This document shows positions 1 to 9,442 of a DNA stretch of 64,000 nt, in pieces. This DNA is from an uncultured delta proteobacterium (GTDB taxonomy: Bacteria > Myxococcota_A > Polyangia > Fen-1088): contig CAVWIP010000018.1 of the NCBI GenBank assembly GCA_963755125.1, positions 160,001-224,000 of the forward strand, in the 5' to 3' direction. The notes below the pieces were generated by a model. It was not told where the DNA came from. It made no database searches and saw only the letters and a list, made by a program, of their open reading frames with translations. How positions within the stretch are numbered: position 1 is the first letter of the stretch; every line of letters begins with the position of its first letter. The position numbers and the translations under genes were made by a program.

Positions 1-1412
1 GTCCACCCGTCGCGATCGCGACCCGCCTTGATCGCGATGGCGTCGTCCCCCACCTGGATGGTGGCGTTCTTGATGAGAACGTCCGTGCACGATTCCGGGT
101 CGAACCCGTCGGTGTTGCCCACACTGCCCAGGGAGGTAAAGTTCGTCGCGGTGACGTTGGTGCAGAACACCGGGTGAATTGTCCAGAACGGCGAGTTCTT
201 GGCCGTGAAGCTGTCGAACAAGACGTTGGTGCAATTCATGAATTCGATGAGACTCGGCCTCAAATAGTGGCCTGTCCCGTAGATTCTTTGCGCGATGGGC
301 ACGCCGTTGGCGTTCTGGGTGCGCAAAGCGGTTTGGTCTGCGGTCTGCTTCGAGGCCCAGGCGTACCAATCGTTCATGGTCGCGTTTCCATCGATGGTCC
401 CGCTGCCGGTTATCGCAACATTGGTCGCATCGTGGGCCCAGATGAGCGGCTGGTAATTATAAAGGAGGCTGCTTTCCCAGGAGACTTCGACGGGTCCATT
501 TGGCAGGTACTTGGTCGGGTCGGTCGAGAACTTGATCGTCGCGCCCGTATCCACGTACAGATTGATGTTGCTCACCAACTCGATCGGTCCAGTAAAGAAC
601 GTGCCTCCCGAGGCGACGACCCGGCCTCCACCTTTACTGGAACAGTCGGCAATAGCCGCGGCGAACGCCGCCGTGTTGTCGGTGGTCCCGTCGGCCACGC
701 CTCCGTAATTGGTCACGTCGCAATCGAGGTTGGGGAACGTCGGCGCGACAATTCGGGCCAGGATGGTGTCGACAGTGTCCCACCCGACGCCCGCATCTCC
801 CGCAGACGGGCTCGCGTCCTGGCCGCCGCCCGTGCCCGCGGAGCCGCCGGAGCCTGTGACACCTCCGGCACTCGTCGTGCCGCCCGTGGCACTGCTACCG
901 CCGGCCGTCGTCGCCCCACCCGTCGTCGTCCCGCCTCCGGTGCTCGTCGCGCCACCCGTGGCTTTGCTGCCACCGGCCGTTGTCGTGCCACCCGTCGTCG
1001 TCCCACCTCCGGTGCTCGTCGTGCCGCCCGTGGCTTTGCTGCCACCGGCCGTTGTCGTGCCAGCCGTCGTCGTTCCGCCTCCGGTGCTCGTCCCACCTCC
1101 GGTGCTCATCCCACCTCCGGTGCTCGTCCCACCTCCGGTGCTCGTTCCACCTCCGGCGCTCGTCCCACCTCCGGTGCTTGTCGCGCCACCCCCCGCGCCG
1201 CCGGTAAAGGTCGTGCCACCCATCGCACTGACGCCGCCTGATGTGGCGACGCTGCCACCCGCGGCGCTGGTGCCGCCGGCGACGGCCCCGCCAGAAAAGC
1301 CGGTTCCTCCGGCAGCAGTTCCCCCTGCCCCGGCTTTTCCACTTGACGAACTACAGGCGAGAATTGTTGATACCAGTACTGCAAGAAGGCTTAGGTTTGG
1401 TCGAATCGTCAT
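1..1412 (-). CDS. GH28 polygalacturonase-like lipoprotein with Gly/Thr-rich linker (3' end runs off the window)
   Basis: Not in the ORF track; translated by hand. ATG at 1412 preceded by GAGGA; MTIRPNLSLLAVLVSTILAC lipobox; long G/T/S linker; then ...GNTDGFDPESCTDVLIKNATIQVGDDAIAIKAGRDRDGW with the GH28 NTD and DD catalytic motifs. Confidence 0.9.
   Translation of the reverse strand, partial: MTIRPNLSLLAVLVSTILACSSSSGKAGAGGTAAGGTGFSGGAVAGGTSAAGGSVATSGGVSAMGGTTFTGGAGGGATSTGGGTSAGGGTSTGGGTSTGGGMSTGGGTSTGGGTTTAGTTTAGGSKATGGTTSTGGGTTTGGTTTAGGSKATGGATSTGGGTTTGGATTAGGSSATGGTTSAGGVTGSGGSAGTGGGQDASPSAGDAGVGWDTVDTILARIVAPTFPNLDCDVTNYGGVADGTTDNTAAFAAAIADCSSKGGGRVVASGGTFFTGPIELVSNINLYVDTGATIKFSTDPTKYLPNGPVEVSWESSLLYNYQPLIWAHDATNVAITGSGTIDGNATMNDWYAWASKQTADQTALRTQNANGVPIAQRIYGTGHYLRPSLIEFMNCTNVLFDSFTAKNSPFWTIHPVFCTNVTATNFTSLGSVGNTDGFDPESCTDVLIKNATIQVGDDAIAIKAGRDRDGW
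864..1181. repeat. Intragenic tandem repeats (about 3x 72 bp, then about 6x 18 bp) encoding the Gly/Thr linker of the GH28 protein
   Basis: Repeated cccacctccggtgctcgt units at ~1073-1181 and longer gccacccgtggctttgctgccaccggccgttgtcgt-containing units upstream; boundaries approximate. Confidence 0.8.
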
Positions 1413-1684
1413 GGGCAAATCCTCTCGACAAGCCTCCAGTGTACGCCGAAACCTCGCCTCGTTCGCTCGCTTTTTTTGCCACGCGCAGGATGAAAAGGAT
1501 TTGTCGTTCGCCAGCGTCATCCGCCTCCCCGATCAGGTGACAGCCGCCCACATGGCGAATGCTGGCGCCGTGCGGAATCGTGACGGGCCGATTGCCGACG
1601 CAATGCTTGGAAATCGTGCCTGTCTCGAGTAAAGTCAACTCACCTATGGCTCGCTCGATGCTCGGCGTTCCCAGGGACTGAACC

Positions 1685-2041
1685 ATGCGAGTACGAAAGA
1701 ACGCACGATCCTCATTCATTTTCGGCGTTGCAGCGTTCATAGCGGCCGCAGCCGGCCCGGCTTGCTCCGAGAGCTCGTTTCAACCAATCACCTATGGCGC
1801 CAAACCGTGGTCGCCCCCTCCAACCTGGGATGAGCCGCCCTGCACAGTTGGGTACTACGTGGCTATCGTGGGGGAGACTTGTGACGGTTGCACCGGAACC
1901 TCGTACGCTCTTTGCACCGGGATCAGCTTCACTCAGTGCGTGTGCGGAGGTCCGTTCTGGCCCGGCGCGACATGCCCGGCAAACGCGGCTTGCGCTGACA
2001 ACGATTTTCCGCCGTTCGGCTGGCAACAGTCTCCGGATTAG
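1685..2041 (+). CDS. Small Cys-rich putative lipoprotein, unknown function
   Basis: 118-aa ORF with basic N-terminus, hydrophobic stretch, AAGPAC lipobox-like motif and many Cys in the mature part. Confidence 0.7.
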   Translation: MRVRKNARSSFIFGVAAFIAAAAGPACSESSFQPITYGAKPWSPPPTWDEPPCTVGYYVAIVGETCDGCTGTSYALCTGISFTQCVCGGPFWPGATCPANAACADNDFPPFGWQQSPD

Positions 2042-2151
2042 CGCTGGCCCTGGCTGGCTGGGCCGGCCTCCAATCGGGTGCAGAGGCCGGCGGCGGCCCT
2101 CGGAAGGGGTGAAGAGGGCAGGTGTACATCCACCCGGCGTCGCGCCGGGCC

Positions 2152-2622
2152 TCAATTGTCCTGCGCACCCTCCTGGATCCAGGCACGGATGAGGTTCTGC
2201 TGATCTTCGGGAACCGCAGTTCCAGAGAACTGCGCGGTTCCTCCACTGGTCAAGAAGTACCCTGTGTCCGCCGGCATTTGGCTTCCGCATGGCGGCGTCG
2301 GCTGTGAGATCTTCAGGTACATGATGCTGATGTCGGGCTGGCCCGGGACCACTCGCGTTCCCATATTCATGCAACTTGCCCCATTGCATGGCTGGCCGAC
2401 GAGGCTCCAGAAGGTGCGCACCTGCGAACTCATGTCGAGGGCGCCGAACCGAATACCCACGCCGTTATAGTGGCAAAAGTCGCTGGTGCAGGTCGGCTGG
2501 ATGACCTCTGTGTAGACTTTGGTTAATGAGTTGGCCGACGGCGCGGCACCGGAACCGCATCCCAAGCTGAGAAACGCTGACGCGCAAAGTGCGAGAACCG
2601 CTCCTGGAACAATGTGTCTCAT
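2152..2622 (-). CDS. Lipoprotein with a cytochrome-c-like (planctomycete cytochrome c type) domain
   Basis: GGAGG then ATG at 2622; LSLGC lipobox; CTSDFCH (CX4CH), VVPGQPDISIMYLKI, QMP and LIRAWIQEGA resemble the PSCyt1-type pattern. Confidence 0.6.
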   Translation of the reverse strand: MRHIVPGAVLALCASAFLSLGCGSGAAPSANSLTKVYTEVIQPTCTSDFCHYNGVGIRFGALDMSSQVRTFWSLVGQPCNGASCMNMGTRVVPGQPDISIMYLKISQPTPPCGSQMPADTGYFLTSGGTAQFSGTAVPEDQQNLIRAWIQEGAQDN

Positions 2623-2699
2623 CGATTCCTCCACGAGCCCATGTTTGACACTGAAGTCAATCTACAACGCTCTTTCGCCTCGGACCACTCATTTTGGTC

Positions 2700-3016
2700 G
2701 CATCCGTCCTTCAACGCGCGCAGGCGGTCTGATCGGAATGCGGCGGAGTTCCGGCGTGGCTGTGCGGGGGAGTGCCGGGCAAGCTCAGGTCCGCTGGCCG
2801 AGCATGACCTGGCGGAAGACGCTGGCGGCCAGGGCCTTCGGAGCTCGGGCTGCACTACGTTTTGGGAACCTCCGCAACCGCTCCGCGTCGAACCCGGCTG
2901 GCACGCGCAACCGCCGTCCGCCCGGTAACTCGATCTCGAACCGGCCACACGCCACCTGCACGCCCTGCACCTCCACCACGGGCAGGTTCACCGGGGGCGG
3001 TTCCCCGAACGGATAC
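2700..3016 (-). mobile_element. Internally deleted IS66-like remnant (tnpA C-terminal fragment between degenerate terminal inverted repeats)
   Basis: Minus-strand peptide FEIELPGGRRLRVPAGFDAERLRR resembles the C-terminus of IS66 TnpA. Ends read GTATCCGTTC (minus strand, from 3016) and GCATCCGTCC (plus strand, from 2700). No 8-bp target duplication seen. Confidence 0.5.
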
Positions 3017-3164
3017 TGACCGTAGTGTGACCCAAGGTCACAGATTGGTGTGAATCCGGCCGGCTGTCGGGACAGTCAGGCCGGAACACGCTCGGAAGTT
3101 GGCGTTCCTGCGGGCACAAGTCCTGACCCGCGCTTGGCCCAGGGCTTGAAAGGCCGAGATCGGC

Positions 3165-4295
3165 ATGACCACGCAGTCTCTCCGGACAAAGTGTTTCACG
3201 ACGCTTTCGCTGCTGCTGGCGCTGACTGGCTGTGGCAGTTCCAGCTACACCATCCCGCCTGCGGAGTTGCAGCGCCTGACCCAGTTGCCCCCCTCCCAGC
3301 GTGGAGACCACGTGCGCGCCTTCACGCCCGGCGTGGTGCCCATGCAAGTCGCCCCGCCCAGTCCGCCCGCAGCCGTTGTCCCGCCCAGCCCATCGGCTAC
3401 TCCGCCCAGCCCACCGTCGGCTACGTCGGCTGTAGAACCCCCGCCGCCACCGCCATTGCCCGACACGGCGGCTGGCGGCGATCTGCCTCCCGATCCGTTT
3501 GGGCCGGACGAGGTCGACCTGCTCGCCCCCGAGCCGCCTGGGCCTGCCATCGTGGTGGCCGTGGACGCTGGACCGCGCGCGCCCGTTCACCCGCCGGCCG
3601 CGCCTGCGCGACCGTCCCCCGCACCGCGAATTTCTCCACCCGCTCCCGCCCGCACGAGCGTCCCGCCCCCGGCCCCCGGCCACGTCGTGGCTCCGCCTGC
3701 GCCCGCCCGCACCAGCGTTCCACCCCCAGCGCCCGCTCGCATCGCTGCTCCGGCGACGACGCCCCGTCTGCCTGCGTCCCCCGCTCGCGGCACCACGCCA
3801 GTTCCTCGTGGAAGCGGCGGCCACCCCAGGGGCTCGTCGGTCTCGTTTCCTTCAGGTCACGGAAAGGGCGATGCCGTGGCGGGCGCCGTACTTGCGGTGG
3901 TTCTGCTGGTTGGGCTGGTTGCAGTCGTCGCCGAGGCTGGTCAGCCGGGACCGGCGTTTGATGGCTGGATCCGCACCTCGCCCGAACATCCCGTGCACCT
4001 GGAATACGCGGCTGGCCGGGAACGCAAGCTGCGCCTATGCGATCTGCAGCCGGCGGATCTGGTCGGTGTTCGCGCAGCGACAATCTACGACCTCGACGGC
4101 AACATTGGACGACTGGAAACCGCCGCAGACCGGCCACCCCTGGCGTCACAGCCTCGGCCCGCGCCAGCCCCGGAACCTGCGCGTCCACCTGTGCCGGTCA
4201 CCCCGCCCACTAGGCCCGCAGCGCCACCAGTCCAGCCGGCCGCCGGCCCATCGGCCCCGCTTTCCTGGCTTGCGACGTTCGACCGCGCGGCCTGA
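3165..4295 (+). CDS. Pro-rich lipoprotein with an internal hydrophobic helix, unknown function
   Basis: LALTGC lipobox, long Pro/Ala spacer, hydrophobic AVAGAVLAVVLLVGLVAVVA segment, then a short globular region (FDGWIRTSPEHPVHL). Confidence 0.7.
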   Translation: MTTQSLRTKCFTTLSLLLALTGCGSSSYTIPPAELQRLTQLPPSQRGDHVRAFTPGVVPMQVAPPSPPAAVVPPSPSATPPSPPSATSAVEPPPPPPLPDTAAGGDLPPDPFGPDEVDLLAPEPPGPAIVVAVDAGPRAPVHPPAAPARPSPAPRISPPAPARTSVPPPAPGHVVAPPAPARTSVPPPAPARIAAPATTPRLPASPARGTTPVPRGSGGHPRGSSVSFPSGHGKGDAVAGAVLAVVLLVGLVAVVAEAGQPGPAFDGWIRTSPEHPVHLEYAAGRERKLRLCDLQPADLVGVRAATIYDLDGNIGRLETAADRPPLASQPRPAPAPEPARPPVPVTPPTRPAAPPVQPAAGPSAPLSWLATFDRAA

Positions 4296-4362
4296 GCAAG
4301 CTTGCCGCGCAACCGCGGCTGGGTCGCCCAGCGCGGGCATCGCTGCTATAAGGAAGCCCGAC

Positions 4363-5778
4363 ATGGAATCTCTGCGCGTGGACGCTCTCGTCATCGGCGC
4401 CGGGCCCGGCGGCTACGTGGCCGGCATCCGGCTCGGGCAACTTGGCAAGAAGGCCCTGGTCGTCGAGCGCGACAAGGCGGGCGGGGTTTGCCTCAACGTG
4501 GGTTGCATTCCGTCCAAGGCGCTCATCAATGCGGCCAAGCTGTACGAAAAGATCGCGCACGGCGCGGACCTGGGCATCCTGGTGGACAACCCGCGTGTGG
4601 ACATGGCCAAGCTGCAGTCGTGGAAAGAGGGCGTGGTCGGCAAGCTCTCGGTGGGGGTGCGCCAGTTGCTCAAGGCCAATGGCTGCGACTGGCGCAGCGG
4701 AAGCGCGCGCTTGCTGTCACCAGGCAGGGTCGAAATCCAGGGCACCGGCCCCGATGCCGGCAAGACCATCCAAGTGGAAGCCGCGCACATCGTGATCGCC
4801 ACTGGCGCGCGGCCCGTGGAGATCCCGGGCTTCGCCTTCGACGGCCTTCGCGTGGTCGACTCCACGGGCGCGCTCGCCTTCACCGAGGTGCCGCGCCGTC
4901 TGGTGGTGATCGGCGCCGGCTACATCGGCATGGAGATCGGCACGCTCTACGCCAAGCTGGGCAGCAAGGTTACCTTCGTCGAGGCACTGCCCAGCATCCT
5001 GTCGGGCAGCGAGCCTGATTGTGTCCAGGTGGTGGCGCGCAAGGCAAAGCAACTGGGCATGGAAATCCTGGTCGACGCCAGGGCCAGGGACTGGTCTGAG
5101 ATGGGCGATCGGGCGGTGGTGACGGTTGCGACCGCGGCCGGCGTGCGGCAACTCGACGCTGACAAGATCCTGGTCGCCGTGGGCCGCCAGCCCAACAGCG
5201 AAGATCTTGGCTTGCAGGCTGCCGGCGTGCGCGTGGAACGCGGTTTCATCCTGGTGGACCGCCAGATGCGCACCAACGTGGCCGGCATCTACGCCATCGG
5301 CGACGTGGTGGGGCAGCCCCAGCTCGCACACAAGGCTTCGCACCAGGCCGAGGTGGTGGCCGAGGTGGTCGTGGGCCGCGCTGCCGAGATGGACGCCGAG
5401 GCCATCCCGTCGGTGGTGTTCACCGATCCGGAGATCGCGTCCGCGGGTCTGGGCGCCGCCGAGGCAGAAAGGCGAGGCCTGCAGGTTACGCTCGGCAAGT
5501 TCCCGTTGGCGGCGCTGGGCCGCGCCCTCGCCAACCACGACAGCGACGGATTCGTGAAGGTGGTGGTCGAGACGCAGAGCCGGCGGGTGCTAGGCGTTCA
5601 CATCGTGGGCAACGGCGCAGGCGATGTCATCGCCGAGGCCGCGCTCGCCATCGAGATGGGCGCCCTGGCAGGCGACATTGCCGGCACAATCCACGCCCAT
5701 CCCACCTTGCCCGAGGCGATCATGGAGGCTGCGAAGGCCGCTTTGGGCCAGGCCATCCACATTCAGAACCGGAGGTGA
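4363..5778 (+). CDS. lpdA: Dihydrolipoyl dehydrogenase
   Basis: GAGPGGYVA FAD motif, GGVCLNVGCIPSK redox disulfide, GAGYIG NAD motif, HAHPTLPE catalytic His-Glu. Real start is MESLRV at 4363 inside the 3499 ORF. Confidence 0.97.
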   Translation: MESLRVDALVIGAGPGGYVAGIRLGQLGKKALVVERDKAGGVCLNVGCIPSKALINAAKLYEKIAHGADLGILVDNPRVDMAKLQSWKEGVVGKLSVGVRQLLKANGCDWRSGSARLLSPGRVEIQGTGPDAGKTIQVEAAHIVIATGARPVEIPGFAFDGLRVVDSTGALAFTEVPRRLVVIGAGYIGMEIGTLYAKLGSKVTFVEALPSILSGSEPDCVQVVARKAKQLGMEILVDARARDWSEMGDRAVVTVATAAGVRQLDADKILVAVGRQPNSEDLGLQAAGVRVERGFILVDRQMRTNVAGIYAIGDVVGQPQLAHKASHQAEVVAEVVVGRAAEMDAEAIPSVVFTDPEIASAGLGAAEAERRGLQVTLGKFPLAALGRALANHDSDGFVKVVVETQSRRVLGVHIVGNGAGDVIAEAALAIEMGALAGDIAGTIHAHPTLPEAIMEAAKAALGQAIHIQNRR

Positions 5779-5780
5779 TC

Positions 5781-6767
5781 ATGCGAGTGCTGGTGACCGG
5801 TGGAGCCGGCTACATTGGGTCGCACACAGCGGCATTGCTGCGCGCACGCGGCGATTTCGTGGTGGTGCTCGACAGCATGGAGTTCGGACACCGCGAGGCC
5901 ATCGGTGACACACCCCTGGTGGTCGGCCGCACGCATGACCAGACGCTGGTCAGGCAGGTGATCGGGGACCATAGGCTCGACGCCATCATCCACTTTGCCG
6001 CCTACAAGGCCGCAGGCGAGTCCATGCGCAATCCCGCCAAATACTTCGACAACAACGTGAACGGCTCGCTCTGCCTGCTCGATGCCGCCCAGCAGGCCGG
6101 CGTGCGGCGCTTCGTGTTTTCATCGACCGCGGCGGTGTATGGCACGCCCCAGTCCTTGCCCGTGGCCGAGGACGCGCCTCTGCGTCCGGAGAACCCCTAC
6201 GGCGAGAGCAAGCTGCTCGTCGAGCAGATGTTGCGCTGGTTCGACACCTGCCACGGCTTGCGCTCGGTGGCGCTGCGCTACTTCAATGCCGCGGGCGCGG
6301 CGCTCGACGCCGGCAACGGTGAAGATCCGCACTTCGTACAGAACCTCATACCTCTGGTGATGAAGGCGGCCACCGGCCGGATCGCCAAGGTCTCGGTCTT
6401 CGGCACGGACTATCCCACGCCCGACGGCACCGGCATCCGCGACTACATCCACGTGCTGGATCTGGCCGAGGCCCATGCCCGCGCCCTCGACTTCCTCGCG
6501 GCACACGACCGGTCGGACGTGTTCAACCTGGGCACCGGCAAGGGCGCTTCGGTGCTCGAGGTTCTGCAGGAAGCCCGGCGCGCCAGTGGCGTGAACATAC
6601 CCGCCGAGAACGCCACTCGCCGTCCCGGCGATCCGTCGGCGGTGTGGGCGGACAATCGCAAGGCGCGCGCGCTGCTCGGCTGGCAGCCGCGCTATGGCCT
6701 CAGGGAGATCGTCGAGAGCGCCTGGGCGTGGAGCAAGCGCCACCCCGACGGATTTGTTTCGCTATGA
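5781..6767 (+). CDS. galE: UDP-glucose 4-epimerase
   Basis: TGGAGYIGSH, HFAAYKAAGES, YGESK (YxxxK), LRYFNAAGA, GTGIRDYIHV; GGAGG RBS. Confidence 0.95.
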   Translation: MRVLVTGGAGYIGSHTAALLRARGDFVVVLDSMEFGHREAIGDTPLVVGRTHDQTLVRQVIGDHRLDAIIHFAAYKAAGESMRNPAKYFDNNVNGSLCLLDAAQQAGVRRFVFSSTAAVYGTPQSLPVAEDAPLRPENPYGESKLLVEQMLRWFDTCHGLRSVALRYFNAAGAALDAGNGEDPHFVQNLIPLVMKAATGRIAKVSVFGTDYPTPDGTGIRDYIHVLDLAEAHARALDFLAAHDRSDVFNLGTGKGASVLEVLQEARRASGVNIPAENATRRPGDPSAVWADNRKARALLGWQPRYGLREIVESAWAWSKRHPDGFVSL

Positions 6768-6774
6768 GACGCGG

Positions 6775-7668
<894 letters not shown>

Positions 7669-7674
7669 GGGGGA

Positions 7675-7703
7675 ACTCTTGTCACGGTCCGGCCCGCTGT
7701 CAA
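7675..7703 (-). promoter_or_regulatory. Putative sigma70 promoter, leaderless, for the FKBP gene
   Basis: TTGACA-17 nt-AAGAGT, then 6 nt to the ATG; no Shine-Dalgarno. Confidence 0.5.
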
Positions 7704-7755
7704 CTCCTGTCAGCGGATGCCGCCCGAGGCCCTCACGCGCACGGACAGCCGCACA

Positions 7756-9390
7756 CTACAGGCCCCAGCCCCACTGGAGACGGGCGAGGCCGGAAGCATT
7801 GTTTACGGTTAGGGAGAGATTCGTTCCCGTGCCGTTCAGCGTGGTGATGCTCGTGAAGTCGGTGTTTCGGAGGCCGACCCACAAGCAGCTTCCCATTTTG
7901 TAGTCCCTGAACTGGTCCGGCACGCCTTGCATGTAGGCAATCTCGACGGTTGTGCCAATGGGACCAGCATAGTCGAGCCCGGTCGTCATGGGTGCTCCGT
8001 ATTCCGTGGCGATGGTCCGGCTATAGTAGGGGCCCACGTGCGTCGTGACGTAGTCCCTCCAGCCTTGCTCGGTGAGCGAGGTGCTGTTGAAGGGATACAG
8101 GTGAAGAGACAGCAAGCAGCCGGCCAGACGAGAGTCGGCCCCTTGTTGATTGACGTCACCGTCATAGCCGGTGCCGGCCACAACGACGTGACTCTTGGGA
8201 ACGCTCGGGTATTGCGCGATCCATTGCACGGCCAGGTTGATGAAGGCAGTCGCACTGTATCCACCGGGTTCATTCATGATGTCGAAATAGACGAGGTCAT
8301 TGGTTCCGTATGCATCGACGACCGCTTGCCACATGGCGTAGAACGCGGTCATGTCCGATACTGTCCCACCACCAGTCCTGAGCCAGTAGCCGATTATGAC
8401 CTTCATATTCTTGCTTATGGCGGTATCGATAATGCCTTTGTAGGCGGCCCACCAGGCCGCGTTCGTCGTCGTTGGTTCGTTGATCGGGATGCGTATGCTG
8501 TTTGCGTTGAGGAGAGTTTGAAATCCAGAAAGGATCGCGTCGGCCTTGGCTGAGACAGTCGCATAGGTGTCCGAAGCGGCGGTCAGACCGGTCGGCTGAA
8601 GCACCCCGGCCTGGAAGTTGTCGCCCGGGTCGGCCCAGTTGACGCAATGGAAGCTCGATGTGTCCACACTCAGGCCGCCATCGCCGCTGGTCGTGGTACT
8701 GCCGGCTGCGCTGGTGCCGCCCGCGCTGCTGGTCCCGCCCGTAGCTCCACCCGCACTGGCAGTTCCGCCGCTGGCTCCTCCGGTCCCGGTGGTGCCGCCT
8801 CTCGCACCTCCCGTGCCGGTGGTCCCCGCGGTCGGCCCAGAGCCACCAGTGTTCCCGCCGCTCGCCGTCGTGCCGCCGACAACTGTGGATCCACCGACAG
8901 CCGTGGTGCCGCCGGTTGCTGGAGAGCCACCGCTGCCCGCAGTGCCACCAACCACTCCCCCGGCAGCGCCGCCAGTTTGTCCTCCGGCAGCCATGGTCCC
9001 GCTGGTTGCCGTGGTTCCCCCGGACGCGCCGCCAATTGCGCTCGATCCACCTGTCGACGTGGAGCCGCCAGTGACTGGAAAGCCCCCGCTCGCCGTACTG
9101 CCTCCGGCTGCACTCATGCCGCCCGCGCTGGTTGAGCCGCCCGCTGGTTGGTTGCTTCCTCCAAGCGCGACGGTTGTTCCTGTCGTGGTCCCGATCGCCG
9201 AAGTGCCGGCCGTGGCAACAGCACCCGCAGCACTCGTGACGCCACCAGCTCCAGCGGCGGGAGCGCCGCCCGTATTGCCGCCGCCGCTCTTTCCGGAGGT
9301 GCCGTTTCCAGAGCATGCGCCCAGAGTCAGAGCCAATGACAAGCCCAGCAGACCTTTCAGGCAAATGGAGCACTGACGGGGCGAGGTCAT
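7756..9390 (-). CDS. GH5-type glycoside hydrolase lipoprotein with long Gly/Thr/Ser linker (paralog 1)
   Basis: LGAC lipobox, roughly 210-aa low-complexity linker, NWADPGDNF, IRIPINEP, IMNEP (acid/base Glu), HLY, TEYG (nucleophile Glu); GGAGG RBS. Confidence 0.85.
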   Translation of the reverse strand: MTSPRQCSICLKGLLGLSLALTLGACSGNGTSGKSGGGNTGGAPAAGAGGVTSAAGAVATAGTSAIGTTTGTTVALGGSNQPAGGSTSAGGMSAAGGSTASGGFPVTGGSTSTGGSSAIGGASGGTTATSGTMAAGGQTGGAAGGVVGGTAGSGGSPATGGTTAVGGSTVVGGTTASGGNTGGSGPTAGTTGTGGARGGTTGTGGASGGTASAGGATGGTSSAGGTSAAGSTTTSGDGGLSVDTSSFHCVNWADPGDNFQAGVLQPTGLTAASDTYATVSAKADAILSGFQTLLNANSIRIPINEPTTTNAAWWAAYKGIIDTAISKNMKVIIGYWLRTGGGTVSDMTAFYAMWQAVVDAYGTNDLVYFDIMNEPGGYSATAFINLAVQWIAQYPSVPKSHVVVAGTGYDGDVNQQGADSRLAGCLLSLHLYPFNSTSLTEQGWRDYVTTHVGPYYSRTIATEYGAPMTTGLDYAGPIGTTVEIAYMQGVPDQFRDYKMGSCLWVGLRNTDFTSITTLNGTGTNLSLTVNNASGLARLQWGWGL

Positions 9391-9442
9391 CTGGAACCTC
9401 CCTCTCTTGAAACCGTCGCGTCGGAAGGCGCCTGCGGCTACC

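Noticed and set aside
174..1632. Plus-strand ORFs 174-1241 and 709-1632
   Set aside because: Antisense shadows of the minus-strand GH28 gene; Pro/Val-rich translation mirrors the Gly/Thr linker. The same applies to 8618-9376, 10194-11078, 21381-23312, 51718-54804 and 58950-60806.
3499..4362. 288-aa N-terminal extension of LpdA (759-aa ORF)
   Set aside because: Arg-rich off-frame read of the upstream lipoprotein gene; LpdA homology starts at MESLRV (4363).
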